Shown: in pieces, positions 1 to 11,555 of the stretch | Numbering within the stretch: the stretch's first letter is position 1 | Layout: each line of letters opens with the position of its first letter | Position numbers and translations under genes: made by a program | NCBI RefSeq assembly: GCF_006345805.1 | Contig: NC_043004.1 | Coordinates: 8,618,001 to 8,682,000, forward strand | DNA: 64,000 nt | Source of the DNA: Octopus sinensis | Lineage: Eukaryota | Direction: 5' to 3' | The notes under the pieces: model-generated | The model's database searches: none | Seen by the model: only the letters and a program-made list of their open reading frames with translations | What the model was told of the DNA's origin: nothing

Positions 1-600
1 TTTGCATCTGGTAAAAATTTCAAATTTGGAATTGAATAATGTGTTGGAATTTTGAGATCTAAGAAGAGTATGAGATCTTTCTACTACGCATGAGTTATAT
101 TTCTTAGTTCTATTAATATATGGCTTGGATTTCTCCACAATTCTCCACGATTCTCCACTTGATTATATGTGGTGTGGAGTTGGTCTTCAATCTCCATACG
201 TAGCTAATCAATTTACTTGCATTACTTTTGCCGATGTTCTGCAAAATCTTGATATCTTATTCTCATAACGTTTATTAAAATCGTCTTCGCAAAGCCCGAT
301 GTAATTCTTCTTTTCAATTAATTATCTTGAAGCGTTGCTCTTACATGACGGAGTTTATCATACGCGCCTAGTCATGTGGGAAAGCTTCAGGGTCTTGACA
401 GTTACAACTAGCAGTAGGCTTTTGGTGACTTTTATGAGTTATGATGTTCTTCAGCTGCTTCCCCAATATGAACGCTCATCTTAAAACTGGTTTGTCGTCC
501 TAGTGTTGTATCTTAGTAGAGGCAGATAATATGTTCATAGCGTAAAGAGAGGAGGCACACGTTCTGTATTTATGCCGGAGATTTATATGTTTATGATATT
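1..600 (-). mobile_element. Penelope-like element remnant, GIY-YIG endonuclease region (frameshifted, with stops)
   Basis: Manual minus-strand translation across frames gives SCNCQDPEAF, NYIGLCEDDFNKRYEN, SKLISYVWRLKTNSTPHIIKWRIV and KSKPYINRTKKYNSCVVERSHTLL...NTLFNSKFEIFTRCK. These match, in order, the CNC..CP, YIG...F..RY, LS.Y(I/V)W.LK...I.W.I and PY....C..C..E...LN...E....C blocks of Penelope-like GIY-YIG domains. Confidence 0.8.
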
Positions 601-1940
601 GATTTTTGAGACGTCTTTTTAGATTTCCACTCATCTGATGGGAAGACATTTTAGTAGGTTTTCTGTTTTTGCTTTTTTAAACGATTTTGTTTTCTGTGCA
701 AGAGTCAGTTTTGCTACTTTAAATCAATTTTATGACAATAAATTTGCTATTAGACTATTGAAACGGATAATTATTTTGTCAAGTATTATACAACTCGTTG
801 TTGTTGTTGTTGTTTATACTACATGGAAATTTACACGTTTTCTTCCTCTCGTTTATTTTACTTCACTTTTGCAATTTTCTTGTTAACTTTGGTGTGTACC
901 CTCATACAAATTGTGCTTAAACACATTGAAGTCATAACAATCCCATCTTTGTTGAATCATGTTGTTTAACGTGTTCATTTTGAGGACGAGGATCCTGGTT
1001 TGTGAGCTGATACTAGCTCTCTTTCTTATCATCACTCTATACTAAAATAATGACATCACTATAACATAAAATAGGTTTGACTGAAAGAAATTCCAGCAGC
1101 CACTACGGCAGCCACACTTCATCTGTCCAAAACGAAGAAAAAAGAATTTTTCAAGTTCTGTGTGAAAGTTGAAAGACTAAACATTATTTATAACTGGAAA
1201 CTGACGGGGAATTAATATTTTTTTAAACACAAGTTGCGATATAAAGAAGCAAAACAAACCATACGACAATGCTTCCAAGATCTTACATGTGAAGAAGAAA
1301 TTTATTTTAGATAAGCGCAAGACCCAAAATAATTTCATAAATAAGAGATCTGAAATGTTGACCAAGTGCAGACATATTAATAAATTCTTCCTAGTTAATT
1401 TTTTAGCGAATGATGCAATTCGCTTAATGTATATTACGTTGCTGATGATCTTGCTTCTAACTTTACTGCATGCTGGCCTTTCATATTTCCTAATTTATAC
1501 CTCAAGTGTTCACAGACTTCCAGTGCAACTGAAAGAAATCACACAGCAGATTAATACACATAAAAATACCTAAAATTGCTCGATAGTCTCCTGTAGAGAA
1601 AAATGTTTCGTATCTAGAGATAAATCTTTATGTGTAGTAATTGGAAAACCGTGAAACTATACTTGAGTTTTGTACAACACGTCTTATGCGGAATTAAGCT
1701 TTACCCTACTAATGAAAGGAAGTTAAAAACGTGTCACATAAAATATTCATACATAAATTTGTTCACGTATTCAAGTAAAAATGTACTGGAACATACGTAT
1801 GATAATCTAATTATTCTATGTTATGCGAGCGTGTTTTGCAGCAAAAGAGCAAAACGTGTAATCTTAAATATGGAGAATATACATTACAAATTCGTTTCCT
1901 TACAATTACAAAGCTGTAAATAAGAGGCCATTTATAAATT

Positions 1941-2147
1941 ATCTTTTATCGTCTACGTGCTTTTGCCATTACACTGCAGCCATGCTGGAACGCCGCCTTG
2001 AAGAGTTTTTAGCTGAAAGAATTGACCCTGGTAAGCATGGTACTTATTCTGTCGATCACTTCTGCCGAACCGCTAATTTACGGGGACGTAAACACACCAA
2101 CACCGGTTTTCAAGCGGTGAATTGGGTCAAACAAAAACACATAAAGG

Positions 2148-2222
<75 letters not shown>

Positions 2223-2360
2223 AACACAAACACACACGACGGTCTTCTTTCAGTTTCCACTCGCAAAGCCTTGGTTGGCCCGGGGCTATAGTAGAAGACA
2301 CTTGCCCAAAATCCTGTGGTTGGGAAACAAGCTTCTTACCACAAAACCATTCCTGCGCCT
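1941..2360 (-). mobile_element. tRNA-derived CORE-type SINE, family A, with internal (CA)n expansion
   Basis: Reverse complement matches the family A copies at 14435-14826, 22042-22430 and 39664-40060 (GGGCAAGTGTCTTCTACTATAGCC core, GTTTACGTCCCCGTAA and CCAGCATGGCTGCAG blocks); part of the head is deleted. Confidence 0.85.
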
Positions 2361-2390
2361 GTATAAATAATGCACACATATATGCACACA

Positions 2391-2428
<38 letters not shown>

Positions 2429-2734
2429 TGCATATCGATCTATCTATGTATCTATTTATTTATCTATCTATCTTTCTATCTACCTATTTATCTACACACA
2501 CGCAAACACACACACACACACATATGAATGTTCAAACCTGTTATAGGGATATTTACCCAAGGTACACTGGTTTTATATATTAAATTTTGAAGAGATAATC
2601 CTTCAATGAATACATTATATAGAATATCGTAAGATATCAGAGCTAGAAAACAGAGAGATCTAATGGGAACAAATTAATTTATTGATTAATCAACATATTA
2701 ACCAACATATATCTTTATACATACATACACATAA

Positions 2735-2835
2735 GTCAACCACGGCGGAATTTGAATTCAGAACGTAAAGACAGACGAAATACGGGTAAGCATTTCGCCC
2801 GGCGTGCTAACGGTTCTGCAAGCTCGCCGCCTTAG
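2735..2835 (-). mobile_element. SINE family C head fragment
   Basis: Reverse complement contains GGCGGCGAGCTTGCAGAACCGTTAGCACGCCGGGCGAAATGC...GTTCTGAATTCAAATTCCGCCG, as in other family C copies. Confidence 0.8.
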
Positions 2836-2889
2836 GTTCATACCAGTTATTATTGGAACAATAATATACATGCCAATCCGTCTTCAGCA

Positions 2890-3055
2890 AAGTAAGGCTG
2901 ACGTTGGGATTTTGGGGAGAAACGCAAATCCTTAATTTGTAGCTACAAATGATCTCGATATCTGGGACCATAGAAATTCTCTAGGACCTTCTTAAGACTT
3001 AAAGAATGATGGTTAAAACAAGATGCTTTCCTTCACAATTTTACTACCAAGTAGG
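2890..3055 (+). mobile_element. 3' end fragment of an R4/Dong-like (restriction-like endonuclease) non-LTR retrotransposon
   Basis: Reads LQMISISGTIEIL*DLLKT; alignable by eye over about 125 bp with 58435-58565, which reads LQMIAISGTIKICKTFLRFRG*. Resembles the LQK..(I/L)LGT..I.R..L C-terminus of R4-clade ORFs. Confidence 0.55.
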
Positions 3056-3087
3056 TGGCAGATCAAAATTTGCTCTAAATTAGAAAT

Positions 3088-3665
3088 ACAACATACATAC
3101 ATACATACATACATACATACATACATACACACATACATATATACATTCATACATACATACATACATACATACATACACAGATACATATATACATTCATAC
3201 ATACAAACTTTCATACATACATACATACATACATTCATACATACATACATACATACATACATACATACATACATACACACACACACATTCATACATGCAT
3301 ACATACATACATACATGCATACACACATACATACATACGTACATACATACATTCATACATGCATACACACATACATACATACGTACATACATACATACAT
3401 ACATATATATATACATACATACATGCATACACACATACATACATACGTAATACATACATTCATTCATACATGCAAACATTCATACATACATACATATATA
3501 CATATATTCATACATACATACAAGCATACATACATACATGCATGCAAACATACATACATACATACATACATACATACATACATACATACATACATACGTA
3601 CGTACATAGATACAAGCATACATACATACGTACGTACACACATACAAGCATACATACCTGCCTAC
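3088..3665 (+). repeat. Degenerate (CATA)n microsatellite array
   Basis: Direct reading; source of the HTYI and MYVC pseudo-ORFs. Confidence 0.97.
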
Positions 3666-3982
3666 ACGCATGTATGTCTGTTTCTGTGTCTGACAACCGA
3701 CTGACACGTGTTTGTATAATCAATCATCGTCACAGATTTAAGACAAAGATTTACCAAACGATCAAACGCGTCATAACGAGGCTAATTTTATGAAATGTCG
3801 ACATTTATATGTCTTTAAGATATTCGCACATACTTGTCATTTGGGCAACTTTGAATCTCTTTCTCTCTCCCTCTCTCCCTCTCTCCTTGTCTCCCCATTT
3901 TTCTCCCTGTGTCTATCTCTCCTCTTCTCTCTCCATACCTCTATTTCTCTCGCTAAACACACATGCATATGTATATGTATAT

Positions 3983-4125
3983 AGGCGCAGGAGTGGCTAT
4001 GTGGTAAGTAGCTTACTTACCAACCACATGGTCCTTGGTTCAGTCCCACTGCGTGACACCTTGCCTCGAGCCGACCAAAGACTTGTGAGTGGATGTGGTG
4101 ACGGAAACTTGAAGAAGCCCGTCGT
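3983..4125 (+). mobile_element. SINE family A 5' half with internal deletion
   Basis: AGGCGCAGGAGTGGCTATGTGGTAAGTAGCTT...GGTTCAGTCCCACTGCGTG...GAAGCCCGTCG followed by a TA run. Confidence 0.85.
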
Positions 4126-4611
4126 ATATGTGTATATATATATATATATACTATTGGATTTTAAATTCTATTGGATTTACTCAAGATATTGAAATAATAT
4201 ATGTATACTATTCTGCCATAAAAAAATGGATCTACAAATCCCTACATATCTCACATCTATTTTGTTTTATTTCCTCCACCTTACTCTCTATTTTGTATCA
4301 CATATAAACTAACTATGACTTAACTATCCTCTCACACCGTCTCCGATGAAGGGATATAATAATCCTGGAAACAGCTGTAAGACCTTCTATCCATAAATGT
4401 TCTAAAATCTACACAGCCTTGTTTTTTTTTAATCTCATTATGAAAATAAAATTTTATATACACACGCTGATATATGACCAACGTTGAACCCCTTATTCGC
4501 ATAATCACCGAACCTGACACTTAAATTCGGTCTATCTATAGCACTTATTCAGCATTACCTAACACCTTTGGGTCTCGATGACACCATTACCTCTCATAAC
4601 CTATATTTATA

Positions 4612-4662
<51 letters not shown>

Positions 4663-4668
<6 letters not shown>

Positions 4669-5898
4669 CATTGAAAAAGGGTTCCGTGATTTTAGTAGTC
4701 AATTGCACGAGCTATAAGTTAGCGATCTGTATGAAATCAATGTGAGACTGTACATCAACTTCAGGAGTTTTGATATTTGCCCCTGTGTTGTCCTTGAAAT
4801 CCCCATTTCCCTAGCGAGCGTCTGGTTGCCATGGTTACTCCACCGTAATCATGGCGACTGTTCAGCAGAAAGCGCTGTGTGTGTTGTGGCACGCTGAGTT
4901 TTAGTGTAACGTCATTTTCGGCGTACATATGGACAAGATTCACTTACAGACAAAACCATTGTTCGTTGGTTTAACCAGTTTAAAGTAATTGGAAATGTTA
5001 ACATTAAGAAATCTCCATGCCAGCCACGAGCGGCGGAAGAGAATGTGGAACGTTTGAGAGTGTCACATTTGCGCAGTCCTAAGATGTCCATCGCCTGACG
5101 CAGTTTGGAACGCCATACGCCTAAAACAAAATGTGCTGTATAAACGCCTAAGACTGCATGCTTACAAATATAAATGAGGAGACAGATAGGTCTAAATGCA
5201 TAGAATTTGTTGCAACGATGTACCTATCCGGCATAACAGTCGGATATGGGGAGATGAGCAACCCAATGACGTTTTCCTGTACGTCCATGATTCACTGAAG
5301 GTAAATGTGTGGTGTGGGCCCCTACATGATCGTGTTGTCGGTCTTTCCATGTTTGCTGAAAACGCGATTACGGGCGCTTCTTACATGGACATGCTAGAAA
5401 TTTGTGTTCCTTTCAAATTGCAGACAGTGAAAGAGAAAGGGAAATAATTTTCCAGCAGGACGGAGCGCCGGCTCACTACAGCCATAATGTGCGACAAGCT
5501 GTCAACAACAGATTCCCTGGCCGGTGGATTGAAAGGAATGGTCCTGTTTTGTGGCTACCTAGAAGCCCTGATCTAACTCATATGGACTTTTTCTTTTGAG
5601 GTTATCTTAAGAACTTTCTCTACGAAGAAAAAATCCGGGATCTGCAACATTTAAGAGAGAGAATCTACGCGGCGATAGCGACTGCGAACCCTGATATGAT
5701 TCTGCGCACCTGGAGCGAGGTCGATTATCGCTTAGATGTTTGCATTGCAACAAAGGGAGATCATATCGAAAGCTACCAAGTAATGGAAGAAAAATGTAAG
5801 ATTTTCTGTGTGTTTTGATGTATAAACAAATAGTATACCTCTAATACAGGCTTAGTTATTCCATTTTGAAATCACGGAAACATTTTTCGATGATCCTG
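4663..5898 (+). mobile_element. Tc1/mariner transposon, DD41D (rosa-type), both TIRs present, transposase disrupted
   Basis: About 30-bp TIRs: left TAGGGTCATTGAAAAAGGGTTCCGTGATTT at 4663, right end reverse complement CAGGATCATCGAAAAATGTTTCCGTGATTT; TA on both sides. ATG at 4851 (MATVQQKALCVLW), then RHFRRTYG...TIVRWFNQFK, RHNSRIWGDEQP, KVNVWCG, IIFQQDGAPAHY and WLPRSPDLTHMDFFF*GYLK. I count 41 residues between the second and third Asp. Stops, frameshifts and deletions present. Confidence 0.93.
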
Positions 5899-5959
<61 letters not shown>

Positions 5960-5963
<4 letters not shown>

Positions 5964-6287
5964 CACTCCGTCGGTTACGACGACGAGTGTCCCAACTGAT
6001 GTGATCAATGGAACAGCTTGCTCGTGAAACTAACGTGCAAGTGGCTGAGCCCTCCACAGACACGTGTACCCTTAACGTAGTTCTCGGGGAGATATATAGT
6101 GTGACACAGAGTGTGACAAGGCTGGCCCTTTCAAATACAGGTACTACTCATTTTTGCCAGCTGAGTGAAATGGAGCAACGTGAAAATAAAGTATCTTGCT
6201 CAAGAACACAACGCATCGCCGGGAATTGAACTCACGACTTTGCGATCGTGAGCCGATTGCCCTAACCACTAAACCACTCACTTTCAC
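5960..6287 (-). mobile_element. tRNA-derived CORE-type SINE, family B
   Basis: Reverse complement: A box GTGGTTTAGTGGTTAGGGC, B box GAGTTCAATTCCC, CORE-like GTTCTTGAGCAAGATACTTT; 3' half shared with 61400-61590. Confidence 0.85.
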
Positions 6288-6781
6288 ACACACACACACA
6301 TACATATATGTATGTATATATATATGTGTGCGTGTAAGACCTCTGACAGTATATATGCTGTCCAAATTTGTGGTCCCCTTTCTTTGAAGTCACTAGGTTT
6401 GATGTGCACAGAAATAGATCGTCTACTTGTCCCTTCCGTGGGCTTGGTCAAGTGATACGGACATATCTGATGAGAGGTCATTAATCGTTTAAAGTTACGC
6501 ATGATTTTTAAAAAAATTTCCATCTACGGGAAATAGCTTAAATTCACATACACCCACTCACACACATGCACACAGATGCACACTCGCACACACATGCATA
6601 CATGCATGCACGCATACATGCATGCACGCATACAAACATGCATGCGTAAAGAGACACAACTGCATAACCCGTTTGTGTTACGCTGATGCGCTTTACAACC
6701 TGAGGAAAATCAATGCAGAAACGAGTGTGTGTGTGTGTGTGTGTGTATGCATGTATATATATACTAGGGTTAATCCAAACA

Positions 6782-7010
6782 TGAAAACACAAAGAGAAAA
6801 CACAACAGCGTGAGGACGTGGAACAAGTATAGCGTTATTGGACGTTCAGGAAAGGAAAGAAAGGAGGATTTAACGTTTCGGGCGGGGACCTTCGTCAGAA
6901 ACATGGGAAAAAGAAAGATCCAAAGAAGGGAAGACGGAGGAAAAAATCGCCAACGGTACATACGCGGTCACATTGTGAGTATCTATGTATGTGAGTGTAT
7001 TTGTATGTTA
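6782..7010 (-). mobile_element. Probable Penelope-type terminal repeat (pLTR) fragment carrying a hammerhead-like motif
   Basis: Contains the CTGACGA...GAAACGTT core on the minus strand (6868-6902); non-coding context. The pLTR assignment is inferred from that motif. Confidence 0.55.
6868..6902 (-). ncRNA. Minimal type I hammerhead ribozyme-like motif (degenerate stem II)
   Basis: GTTT-CTGACGA-A-GGTC(CCC)GCCC-GAAA-CGTT-AAAT. Catalytic boxes intact, stem I GTTT/AAAT, stem II has one mismatch. Confidence 0.55.
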
Positions 7011-7368
7011 CCTCTTTAATAAACCGTTTGTTTCCTTTAATCGTTAACGTCACCGTACTTTTCTCTCACTATTCCCAAAAGCTGAAAAGAATTTTTTGGT
7101 TGCAGATTGCAAATATTATAAAATCGGGAGAATAGCAGAATCGATAGAGCGGCGAACACAATGCCACGCCAGTTCCATATTCTTTACATTCAGATCCCGC
7201 CAGATCCCTCTGCCTTTCGTCCTTCCAAGCTCAATAAAATATGGTACCAGCGGGGGCAGGAGTCAGAGATCGTAATCGACGAGAGCCTTCGAAAGGAAAA
7301 AAAAGTGTTAAGGCCTGGTGCCTTCCACAGAAATGAAAACCTGTGTGTGCCTGTTTGTATGCACTGTG

Positions 7369-7416
<48 letters not shown>

Positions 7417-7939
7417 CACGCACACACACAGGCACACAGACACACAGACACACACACACACACATTGTAAACGACCTACATTGTACTTATGTGTGTATAT
7501 GTATATATGTATATATATATATATATACAAACGTGTGTGTATATCTGCATTTGTGTGTATGTATGAATGTATGGAGAAAGAGAGTTGAGACTGTGGGAGT
7601 TAAGGGCGATATGAAGAAGAAAAAAAAAGGAGACGGAAAATAAGGGAAGATAAAATGAAGGCGGGGCAGTTTTATGTGTCCAAGCTCGATACGCCCATAA
7701 ATATTGAAAGCTTAACGATCTGCAATCGGCGGCCATTTCTGTTAGACAAATAAAGAAGAGTGAATAGAATAAATAAAGAATTTAATAAATAAATAAACGA
7801 AGGAAAGAAGGAAGGAGAGACAGGAGTAATGGAAGAGAGAGGACGAAAACGAAAAATGGAAGAATTCTAATGATGGACGAAACCTTGTTTGGTGTGTGTG
7901 TGTGTGTGTGTAGGATGGGTAGGGTTTAACGAAAAATCA

Positions 7940-8312
7940 TCGTGATCATCATTATCATCACCACCACCATTACCACCACCGCCGCCGCCGCCGCCGCCTC
8001 CATCATCATCATCAACGCCACCACCACCACCACCACCACCACCAAAACCACCACCACCACCACCACCACCACCACCACCACCACCACCACCACCACCGCC
8101 GCCGCCGCCGCCGCCGCCATCACCACCAGCATTTCACTATATGTAACCCACACACATACACACACTTTGTATTGTGCCTCTCATCCTTCGCCCTGGCGGC
8201 AAATAAAAGAAATCATTATTATTGTTGTTGTTGATATTTGTTGTTGTTGTTGTTATTATCATTATTATTATTATTACTATTATTATTATTATTACTATTA
8301 TTATTATTATTA
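7940..8312. repeat. Compound trinucleotide arrays (CAT/CAC/GCC, then TGT/TAT)
   Basis: Direct reading. Confidence 0.95.
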
Positions 8313-8856
8313 TGTCACTCAATAAAGGCGCCCGTTGTAGTATTAAACTTGCCACGTACATGGAGGAGGATGAGGAGGAGGGGGAGGGAGGGTGGGAGGA
8401 AGAATTCATAAAAGTGTTTCTTGTTCGAATAAATTGGTCCGAAGTGACACGAGATCGTCCAAAGAGATAATGGCGAACGCCAAGGACATTCGCTTTTTTC
8501 AAACTGTTTCACCGATAGATGTCACTGCTTGCTTGTTTGTTAATATGTTTGTTACTCTTATCATCGTTGTTGCTGATGTTCTTCTTGGCTCTTCTTTTAT
8601 TTATTTATTTATTTATTTATTTATTTCTGTGATTTCTTTTTTTAATGGAAACTATAGTTTCCTCACTTACAAAGAGTATTTGACAACTAAATAAATAATA
8701 AATTTAAAACTACCGATTTTTTTTTTGCTTTTTGTTTTTTTTCAATATTTTTAAACAAGTGAAAACTTTATTTAATGGAATAAAGGATATTTCTGCACTT
8801 ACATTATTATTAAATATTATTATTATTATTATTATTATTATTATCATTATTATTAC

Positions 8857-9045
8857 TATAAATATTACATGTTTTATATAACTTAACAGGAATGTTATTT
8901 TGAAGTCCAGTGACAAGTCTCCGCAAACCTGGAGAATCTTTCTTAGGATCCTCATAGAATGGATGATTGCACTTTTCTGCAGGTCGGCCATACTGAGTCT
9001 TGGTTCCAATATCTTTTTCATCCCCTGATGTAGCAGATTCCTGTT
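8857..9045 (-). mobile_element. 5'-truncated R4/Dong-like retrotransposon 3' end abutting a (TAA)n tract
   Basis: Minus strand reads GMKKILEPRLSMADLQKSAIIHSMRILRKILQV, matching the LQK.A.L.(T/S)..ILRK.L C-terminus of R4/Dong ORFs; a short UTR is followed by (TAA)n at about 8812-8857. Confidence 0.7.
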
Positions 9046-9047
9046 GC

Positions 9048-9066
9048 CATTGTTGTTGTTGTTATT

Positions 9067-9118
<52 letters not shown>

Positions 9119-9197
9119 CCACCACGACCACCACCACCACCACCACCATCATCATTATCATCATCATCATCATCATCATCATCACCACCACCACCAT

Positions 9198-9229
<32 letters not shown>

Positions 9230-9232
9230 TGA
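9048..9232. repeat. (CAT)n/(CAC)n trinucleotide array
   Basis: Direct reading; source of the poly-H, poly-D and poly-S pseudo-ORFs. Confidence 0.96.
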
Positions 9233-9739
9233 GCTGGGAGGAGTGTTAGATCATCGGACCACATGTCTTGCATTATTTGTTCTGGTTTTTCTGTCACCGA
9301 GTTCCACGTTTCCTTTCATCCATTCGGGGTCGATAAGGTAAAGTACCAACGAGTATATTAATATTTTCTTTTTTCTTTCGCCGTATGTATTAATTCCCAG
9401 GCGATATTAAAGGGGTGGTTCAACGATGAAATTACATTGAGAAGAAATTTCATTAACACAGCAAAACAGATTCCAAGCAGAGAGAAATAAAAGCTAAACA
9501 TTTATAAACACACAAACTTACAAACTAAAAGTTGACCAAGGAAAAAAAACATAAACATTTTAACAAAAACAAAAATGACAGAAAACACATTTAACAACAA
9601 AAACAAAAACAACAGCACATACATTTGGTTAAATGAAATTATTGTGAATACTAACTAAACCGCGTCGTTCATAAGAGTGCTATCAAAGAATAACATTCTA
9701 GCTATGAAAATTTTATTATAAAGACTAAAGCAAGGCGAC

Positions 9740-10300
9740 ATTTCGCTCATAAGACGGGTGTCAGACAAAGAGAATCTGTAACGTAAGCGTGTAACAAACC
9801 TATTCAGTACCAAGATAAGGGCGGCTTTCCTTGTCTCTTCCAAGGAATTGGAAACAGCTCTCGGGGACACTTTACATGAAATTTCCTCAGCTGGCAGAGC
9901 GAACAGTATTCGTCACCCGCAAATCAGAAAGTGGAACAAAAGCACATTTTTTGAGACACTTGCCCATATGAGAGTCCCAGAATTTCCGGAGAAGTAAAAA
10001 TATATGAGTCCATGCAAGGACATTGGAGACGAAGTCACTTCTTTGTTCGTGAATATTTTTGCGGCACAGTATGAGCAGGTGTCAGAACCGACGGAATGTT
10101 CGTTGATATATGCAGTGGATTCGTCATAGACATACACGCCTTCATCATTACTCCACAAAACCTCAAAGTAACCCAGCATTGTGCTCAGTAGAGGATATCG
10201 TGAGGAAGTCTTAAAATTGAGCATCGAAGATAGACAGCCCTGTCACTACACTTCTGGAAGTGGAAGCCATTTAAAAGCTTTCTGCGCAGTTTGAAAAAAA
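9740..10300 (+). mobile_element. Probable degenerate LINE (L1/Tx1-like) ORF1 remnant
   Basis: One plus frame runs about 180 codons with scattered stops and ends VLKLSIEDRQPCHYTSGSGSHLKAFC, resembling a decayed CxxC....H....C knuckle preceded by the GR.P motif of L1/Tx1 ORF1. Confidence 0.4.
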
Positions 10301-10389
10301 AACAACATACCACGGCATTTACTGCCCCTGCATCGGCACGGATTGCAACTCTGCTGTCGTCGGTGAAATTGAAGTTACTGTCTCTAGCA

Positions 10390-10625
10390 CTTATAGGGCC
10401 GGTTACCCGGTTTCAGGGCGTATAAGTGACGGAGAGCACAACGTCACCTACTGAACGCGGTACAAGTCCATCGCAGGATTGCTAATTTTGGGCAGTTGAG
10501 TGGACTGCAGCAACGTAAAATGAAGTGCTTTGCTCAAGAACACAACGCGGTGCCCGGCTCTGAAATCGAAACCACATTCTTGCAATCGTGAGTGCTGCAC
10601 TGTAATCACTAAGCCACGCACCTCA
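10390..10625 (-). mobile_element. CORE-type SINE with family B-like head/core and a different 3' tail
   Basis: Shares GTGTTCTTGAGCAAAGCACTTCATTTTACGTTGCTGCAGTCCACTCAACTG-like core with 5960-6287; the downstream tail differs. Confidence 0.7.
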
Positions 10626-10904
10626 CCCGGAGATATTGCATCTACCTCAAGTCCAATTGTTGACCAAAAGACGCAGAAACTACTTTTCCCAGCCACACCC
10701 GGAAATAGCAATGAAGGAAAGGTAAAAATAGAATGTCACCGCCCCAACAACAACGAAGCGGACCGCCATTTATCATATCTCACGGCAGAAGCGCTCCATT
10801 CACGCCATCTTTGAGAAATGAATGCAGACTGAGCTCTAAGTTGATTGGTAGAATTCGGGTTAGGGTTAATATTCTTTTCTACTCTACGTACAAGACCCGA
10901 AATT

Positions 10905-11247
10905 TTGGTGGGGAGGGTGTCAGTCGATTAGATCAAACCAAGTACGCAAATGGTAATTAATTTATCGACCCCGAAAGGATTTTAAGGTAAAGTCGACCTC
11001 GGTGGAATTTGAACTTAAATACAGAAGAAATACCTATTTCTTTACTACCCACAAGGGGCTAAACACAGAGAGGACAAACAAGGACAGACAAACAGATTAA
11101 GTGCGTAACTGGTACTTAATTTATCGACCTCGAAATGATGAAAGGCAAAGTCGACCTCGGCGGAATTTGAACTCAGGACGTAACGGCAGACGAAATACGG
11201 CTACGCATTTCGCCCGGCGTGCTAACGTTTCTGCCAGCTCGCCGCCT
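10905..11247 (-). mobile_element. SINE family C, full copy followed by a second partial body
   Basis: Head at 11195-11247, TTTGCCTTTCATC..TTCG.GGTCGATAAA core, tail CCTTGTGGGTAGTAAAGAAATAG joined directly to GTATTTC of a second body. Confidence 0.9.
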
Positions 11248-11423
11248 TTTACGGTTAATATTGAATAGTACGTATTTTACGAAAAATATGTGAAATTTAA
11301 AAAACAAATCTAAGTTTTCCACTCTTTAAGAATAGTATGAAACTATGGAAAGTTATTGGAAGGAATGGTGAGCAGAGTCACTGTTGTTGGTACTCTGACT
11401 AACGTAAGTGGACTTTTGCTGTT

Positions 11424-11437
11424 ACACACACACACAA

Positions 11438-11506
<69 letters not shown>

Positions 11507-11555
11507 CACACACACACACACATTCACACACACACACAACACACACACACACACA
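11424..11555 (+). repeat. (CA)n microsatellite
   Basis: Direct reading. Confidence 0.97.

Noticed and set aside
7926-9341. Poly-Thr/Ala, poly-His, poly-Asp and poly-Ser ORFs
   Set aside because: Trinucleotide arrays open in several frames on both strands; the only complex part (8880-9045) is a retrotransposon C-terminus.
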